Assembly: GCA_965208125.1 (NCBI GenBank)
Contig: OZ242320.1
Coordinates: 3,616,001 to 3,680,000, forward strand
Direction: 5' to 3'
DNA length: 64,000 nt
DNA from: Candidatus Latescibacterota bacterium
Lineage (GTDB): Bacteria; Latescibacterota; UBA2968
The position numbers and the translations under genes were made by a program. Below, piece after piece: positions 59,470-64,000 of the stretch. A model generated the notes under the pieces. That model ran no database searches. It saw nothing but the letters and a program-made list of their open reading frames with translations, and was not told the origin of the DNA. The stretch's first letter is position 1, and each line of letters begins with the position of its first letter.

Positions 59470-61509
59470 ATGGACGATAGAATAGATACCAATAGATTGA
59501 TCCACGAGACCAGTCCGTATTTATTGCAGCATGCACACAATCCCGTTGCGTGGTTTCCGTGGGGTGAAGAGGCGTTTGAGAGGGCTATTGCTGAAGACAA
59601 GCCCATTTTTTTAAGTGTGGGATATGCGGCCTGTCACTGGTGCCATGTGATGGCACACGAGTGTTTTGAAAACGAGGAAATCGCGCAGATTATGAACGCG
59701 CATTTTGTCAATGTGAAGGTCGATCGCGAAGAACGCCCCGATGTGGATGAAATTTATATGAATGCGGTACAGGTTATGACTGGGTCTGGCGGATGGCCCA
59801 TGAGTGTGTTTTTGACGCCGCAGGGCGTACCGTTTTACGGGGGCACTTATTTTCCACCTGAGAGCAGACACAACATACCGGGTTTTCCCCAGGTTCTGGA
59901 ATCCGTTGCCAGGCATTATCGAGAAAAAGGTGAAAATGTCGCAGATGTGGCGAATCGGTTGCACGAGCATTTGCGGGCAATGGCGCATATTGATGCGTTG
60001 GCAGATGACCTGACTGAAACGGATTTTGATGGTGCATTTCAAAAGATCAGATCGAATTTTGATTTTCAAAATGGCGGGTTTGGCACACAGCCCAAGTTCC
60101 CAAATTCGATGAATCTCGACGTATTTTTGCGAACTTATTTGCGTACGGGGGACATAGAGGCACGCGCGATGGTGAAATTGACGCTCGAAAAAATGGCACG
60201 GGGAGGTATTTACGATCAGCTCGGCGGGGGATTTCATCGCTATTCTGTGGATAGCCGCTGGTTGGTACCCCATTTTGAAAAGATGCTGTATGACAATGCG
60301 TTGCTCGCACTGCTTTATACGCAGACTTATCAGGTGACGAGGCAACCGTTTTTTGCGCGCATTGCCAGGTCAATTCTGGATTATACGCGTCGAGAGATGA
60401 CTGCGCCAGAAGGCGGTTTTTATTCTACGCAAGATGCCGATAGCGAAGGAGAAGAGGGCAAGTTTTTTGTGTGGACGCCGCAGGAGGTGGTGGATCTATT
60501 GGGCGAAGAAGAAGGGGCGGTATTTTGTCGGTATTTCGATGTGACGGAGCGGGGCAATTTTGAAGGTAAAAATATTTTGAATATTCCTCGTATTTATGAG
60601 GTGGATGAAGACGCAATGGCACGCAGGTGTGCAATATTGTTTGAGGCGCGAGAAAAGCGCGTAAAACCCGGGCGAGATGAAAAAATTCAGGTGAGTTGGA
60701 ATGGGCTGATGATTTCGGCTTTTGCCCAGGCGTATCGGGCGTTTGGCGATCCCATTTTCCTGGAGAGTGCATCGGATGCAGCTCAATTTATCTTGGAGAA
60801 TATGAGAACAGATCGCGGGCTTTTGTTGCATACCTATACTGATGGCCGCGCGCGTTTCAATGCCTATCAGGATGATTATGCCTGTTTGATCGTCGGGTTA
60901 GTCGATCTGTACGAGGCGAGTTTTGAGCCTTCTTATCTCGTTGCTGCCCGCGATTTTATGGAGGTGATGATCGATCAGTTCTGGGATGATGTAGATGGCG
61001 GATTTTTCTATACGGGGAAAGATCACGAGGAGCTGATTGTGCGTTCAAAAAATCCCTTTGATAATGCCACGCCGTCTGGTAATTCGATGGGGGCTATAGC
61101 ATTGCTGCGATTGGGAACGCTGCTGGAGCGCGAAGATTGGCGAGATATGGCCGCCCGTATTTTGCATCTTTTTGGCAGGCATATTCGGGAGGTACCTTCG
61201 GGCTTTGGCAATATGATTTGTGCCCTGGATCTCTATTTAGAAGGAGCAGTTGAAGTCGCTGTTTTGGGTGATCGAGATAGAGAGGATACGGTTGCTCTAC
61301 TCGATGTGGTGAATAAAACATGGCGACCCAATGTCGTTTTATGTGGGGGAAGTGATCCCGTGTCCGACGCTATTCCGCTTTTGAAAAATCGCGGCATGAT
61401 TGACGGACGCGCCACAGCTTATGTCTGTCGCAATTTTGTCTGCTCTGAACCCGTTACAGATGCCGGGGCACTGGAAAAATTACTGGATGAAGTTGGTTCG
61501 GGATACTAA
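59470..61509 (+). CDS. YyaL/SSP411-family thioredoxin-domain + (alpha/alpha)6 barrel protein
   Basis: [36 protein letters not shown]. Confidence 0.93.
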   Translation: MDDRIDTNRLIHETSPYLLQHAHNPVAWFPWGEEAFERAIAEDKPIFLSVGYAACHWCHVMAHECFENEEIAQIMNAHFVNVKVDREERPDVDEIYMNAVQVMTGSGGWPMSVFLTPQGVPFYGGTYFPPESRHNIPGFPQVLESVARHYREKGENVADVANRLHEHLRAMAHIDALADDLTETDFDGAFQKIRSNFDFQNGGFGTQPKFPNSMNLDVFLRTYLRTGDIEARAMVKLTLEKMARGGIYDQLGGGFHRYSVDSRWLVPHFEKMLYDNALLALLYTQTYQVTRQPFFARIARSILDYTRREMTAPEGGFYSTQDADSEGEEGKFFVWTPQEVVDLLGEEEGAVFCRYFDVTERGNFEGKNILNIPRIYEVDEDAMARRCAILFEAREKRVKPGRDEKIQVSWNGLMISAFAQAYRAFGDPIFLESASDAAQFILENMRTDRGLLLHTYTDGRARFNAYQDDYACLIVGLVDLYEASFEPSYLVAARDFMEVMIDQFWDDVDGGFFYTGKDHEELIVRSKNPFDNATPSGNSMGAIALLRLGTLLEREDWRDMAARILHLFGRHIREVPSGFGNMICALDLYLEGAVEVAVLGDRDREDTVALLDVVNKTWRPNVVLCGGSDPVSDAIPLLKNRGMIDGRATAYVCRNFVCSEPVTDAGALEKLLDEVGSGY

Positions 61510-61576
61510 TTTGAATGGAAGAGTTAACAATCTAACAACTAAATTCCAAATTTTAAATTCTAAGAAAGGATATGTT

Positions 61577-62122
61577 ATGGCAGATGTTTTGATTATAGGC
61601 GATGGGCCTGCGGGGTTGAGTGCCGCGTTGTTTTTGGCGAAGAATGGTCAGAATGTGACGGTGTTTGGGCAAGATGGGACGCCGATGCACAAGGCGATGC
61701 TTTACAATTATCTGGGTATTCCCGAGATGACGGGGAGCGAGTTTCAGCGGGTAGGTCGCGCGCAGGTCCAGAATTTGGGCGGCGAAATTGAGGATGTAGA
61801 AGTGACCGATGCCGAAAAGACGGATGGTGGGTTTGCGGTTACAACGGCGGATGGAGGCCGAAGAGAGGGGAAGTATCTCATTTTAGCCACCGGTACAAAT
61901 ACCAAATTGGCCGAGGGGCTGAGTTTGGCTAAGGAAAACAAGGGTATTGTTGCCGATGGAGATGGTCGTACCTCCGTCGAAGGGCTTTTTGCGGTGGGTT
62001 GGAATACGCGCCTCATTCGTACGCAGGCGATTATTTCCGCTGGACAAGGTGCCGCAACGGCGCTGGAAATACTATCGCTCGAAGCTGGCGAAGATTTCCA
62101 TGACTTTGATGTGGTTGAATAA
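61577..62122 (+). CDS. Short FAD-dependent thioredoxin reductase-like protein
   Basis: IIGDGPAGLSAA, ILATG, TSVEGLFAVG, QAIISAGQG. Only 181 aa. Confidence 0.82.
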   Translation: MADVLIIGDGPAGLSAALFLAKNGQNVTVFGQDGTPMHKAMLYNYLGIPEMTGSEFQRVGRAQVQNLGGEIEDVEVTDAEKTDGGFAVTTADGGRREGKYLILATGTNTKLAEGLSLAKENKGIVADGDGRTSVEGLFAVGWNTRLIRTQAIISAGQGAATALEILSLEAGEDFHDFDVVE

Positions 62123-62139
62123 GGTGTATAGAGGAAGAC

Positions 62140-62382
62140 ATGAAAATTACCGAGACCAATACCACTATTGGCGCACTGATTGAACGGCTCGAAGCTACGG
62201 GAAAGCCTAAGACGACGAAGGCCCGAGCCTTCATTATCATAGAGGATGAGTCCGCACAGACACGCGAAGATATCCGAGAGGCTGTGGCGCAGTTTCGGGC
62301 GAGTTTTAAGGATATACCCTCTGAGGAGATCGAACAAATTATTGGTGAATCCAGACGGGCAGTAAGAGCGCGAGGATCATGA
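62140..62382 (+). CDS. Putative antitoxin
   Basis: 80-aa ORF with ATGA overlap to the PIN toxin; helical C-terminus EEIEQIIGESRR. Confidence 0.65.
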   Translation: MKITETNTTIGALIERLEATGKPKTTKARAFIIIEDESAQTREDIREAVAQFRASFKDIPSEEIEQIIGESRRAVRARGS

Positions 62383-62813
62383 CGCGAATTGTGCTGGATA
62401 CCAATGTATTAATCAGTGCTATCCTGAATCCGCACGGGAGTCCAGGCATTATACTTGACCGGGTCTTTGATCAGAAAGTATCTCTTTGTCTCTCTGCGCC
62501 CCTTATAGATGAAATTCAGCGCGTCATTCATTATGAAAAGATGGTTGATTTGCTAAAAAGAGGGGGAAGGACCGTTGAGCAGGCGGGAGAGATTGTAGAT
62601 AAGATTGTTGGGATAGCGGAATTAACCGCTGGTCGCAGAGAAGTAAGCCTGATAGATGCGGATCCTGATGATAATATGGTGCTGGGGTGCGCTCTTGAAG
62701 CCGAGGCAGATTACATCATTTCTGGAGATCGACATCTCACTGCCTTAGGTGATTTTCAAGATATACCCATTCTCACGCCCAGGGCTTTCTTGGATATGCA
62801 GGTTAATTCTTGA
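62379..62813 (+). CDS. PIN-domain (VapC-like) toxin
   Basis: VLDTNVLISA, DPDDN, ADYIISGDRHL. Confidence 0.92.
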   Translation: MTRIVLDTNVLISAILNPHGSPGIILDRVFDQKVSLCLSAPLIDEIQRVIHYEKMVDLLKRGGRTVEQAGEIVDKIVGIAELTAGRREVSLIDADPDDNMVLGCALEAEADYIISGDRHLTALGDFQDIPILTPRAFLDMQVNS

Positions 62814-62930
62814 ATATCCTGATCTTATTCTGGCTTTCAACGATGAGTTGGCTCAGTCTATGTCTGATGGTTTCTTGTCTCGTGTATGGAAATTTTGATG
62901 TTGTGGAATAAGGTAAGATAAATTTTTTCG

Positions 62931-62980
62931 GGAGGTTCCATGTATGCCCTGTGCAGATGGGTACCTGGAGCCTCCTTTTT
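62931..62980 (+). terminator. Rho-independent terminator-like hairpin
   Basis: ggaggttcca...tggagcctcc followed by ttttt. Confidence 0.6.
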
Positions 62981-63047
62981 GTTTATATATAAGGTAGATA
63001 CTGTAAGGGCAAACCCCTGTGTTCGCCTATTGTTAGAGGATATCCTT

Positions 63048-64000
63048 ATGCGTATTTTTTTAGTTGTACATTTCATGGTATTTCTATTCTTCAGTCCTGT
63101 ATTTTCAGAAATAGATGTTGGTGTCGTATCTGAAAGTATTGTGCAGGTGCGTGCGTACAAGAATAACAGAATTATAGCTGAAGGAAGCGGCTTTGTTGTC
63201 AATGAGGAAGGGTATGTGCTAACCAATGCACATCTTTCAGCAGATGCGGAAAGATTAACTGTATTAGCCTTCAAAACAGGTGTCGAGATCGTGTCACAGC
63301 AGGTCTTTGCCAACCGGGATTTAAATCTCGCTTTATTGCGAGTACAGGGACTGGGTTTACCGTCCCTCAACTTATCCGAGCAAGGATCCGCTGTGGGGCG
63401 GGTCGTGCAAACCCTGAAGTTGACTCTTCAGGATAGTATCCAGATTGCTCGCGGGACTATTGGTGCATACCAGGATGTGCCGGGAAAAAAAGTGAGTGAT
63501 CCCGTGGCACATTTGCTACAGCACAATGCCATAGTGACTTCCAAAGCATTCGGTATGCCACTGTTTAATGAGTGTGGGGATGTTATCGCTATCAATCTGC
63601 CAGATCCGGATAGCGGACGCTGGCCGTTTCGGAAAGCAGCCCCCAAAGGAATAATTTTTGCCTTGCGTAGTAGCGATATCATTGCCGTGCTTAAAGACTT
63701 GGAAATTGCACATTCATTGGTTGAGGAAGAATGCTTGAGTGCCGTGGAACGAGCTGAACGAGATAGAAAAATCGCAGAAGGTCGTATCAAAGCGGCACAA
63801 GATAGTGCCCAGGCAATAGCAAAAGCGGCAAGAGATAGTGTTAGTGCAGAAAGAGCTGCCCGGTTGGCGGCAGAAAGAGCGATCAGAGCTAAGCAACAAG
63901 AGGCCGAAAAAGCAAAAGCACGGGCAGATTCAGCAAGCAAGGCGGCAATAGATAGTATCAATACAGCCCGGCTGGCATTAGAACGAGAAAAGGCTAAGAC
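63048..64000 (+). CDS. Secreted trypsin-like (S1C) protease homolog, probably inactive, with Ala-rich coiled coil; truncated by window edge
   Basis: Own translation: MRIFLVVHF...GSGFVVNEEGYVLTNAH...DLNLALL...SKAFGMPLFNECGDVIAIN, then AERAARLAAERA. GAGG RBS. The frame is open to the window end and absent from the ORF track. Confidence 0.8.
   Translation, partial: MRIFLVVHFMVFLFFSPVFSEIDVGVVSESIVQVRAYKNNRIIAEGSGFVVNEEGYVLTNAHLSADAERLTVLAFKTGVEIVSQQVFANRDLNLALLRVQGLGLPSLNLSEQGSAVGRVVQTLKLTLQDSIQIARGTIGAYQDVPGKKVSDPVAHLLQHNAIVTSKAFGMPLFNECGDVIAINLPDPDSGRWPFRKAAPKGIIFALRSSDIIAVLKDLEIAHSLVEEECLSAVERAERDRKIAEGRIKAAQDSAQAIAKAARDSVSAERAARLAAERAIRAKQQEAEKAKARADSASKAAIDSINTARLALEREKAK

Noticed and set aside
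49374-60345. Long antisense ORFs (e.g. 49374-50057, 52197-52919, 59611-60345)
   Set aside because: They lie opposite well-supported genes and show no motifs or RBS; they are codon-bias shadows.
62931-63030. c-di-GMP-I riboswitch (gggcaaacc) upstream of the protease-like gene
   Set aside because: The GNRA tetraloop and the downstream gacgcaaa/P2 elements are missing, and the terminator hairpin lies upstream of the motif rather than downstream.
62858-63961. Minus-strand ORFs 62858-63370 and 63428-63961
   Set aside because: They are antisense shadows of the plus-strand trypsin-like gene starting at 63048.

Overview
A gene-dense bacterial window of roughly 50% GC (by eye). The PorV-like, GWxTD, repeated PhyH, Gfo/Idh/MocA and TIM-barrel sugar isomerase genes suggest a diderm FCB-group organism such as Latescibacterota or Gemmatimonadota (inference only). 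The main feature is the first ~9.3 kb, which is the right-hand part of an apparently undescribed glyco-RiPP/peptide-export cluster. It contains the 3' end of a probable glycosyltransferase, a GT4 glycosyltransferase with an extra ~100-aa C-terminal domain, and four tandem precursor peptides. The precursors share one ungapped 34-aa double-glycine-type leader: two end in GG, two in a non-canonical GL, and all four are followed by Cys or Ser. Their cores are divergent, mostly acidic and rich in Pro and aromatic residues, and two share (H/Y)PWSW. Downstream lie a cNMP-cNMP-C39-ABC transporter, HlyD, a PpiC-like protein and a UDP-GlcNAc 2-epimerase. The cluster runs off the left edge. The rest is mostly housekeeping and catabolic genes (tRNA-Thr, ddl, ispDF, queA, accD, aroQ, sucD, rpiA, era, uxuA-like). 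It also holds several poorly understood envelope modules: an active plus dead L,D-transpeptidase pair with a coiled-coil lipoprotein, a dead-M28/FtsX giant with an OPT-like transporter, a metallopeptidase/propeller/barrel protein with TPR and GWxTD genes, and a LolA/LolE/LolE/LolD/barrel cassette. The right end has a PIN toxin-antitoxin pair and a truncated trypsin-like pseudoprotease. All family calls come from motifs read by eye; no searches were run.
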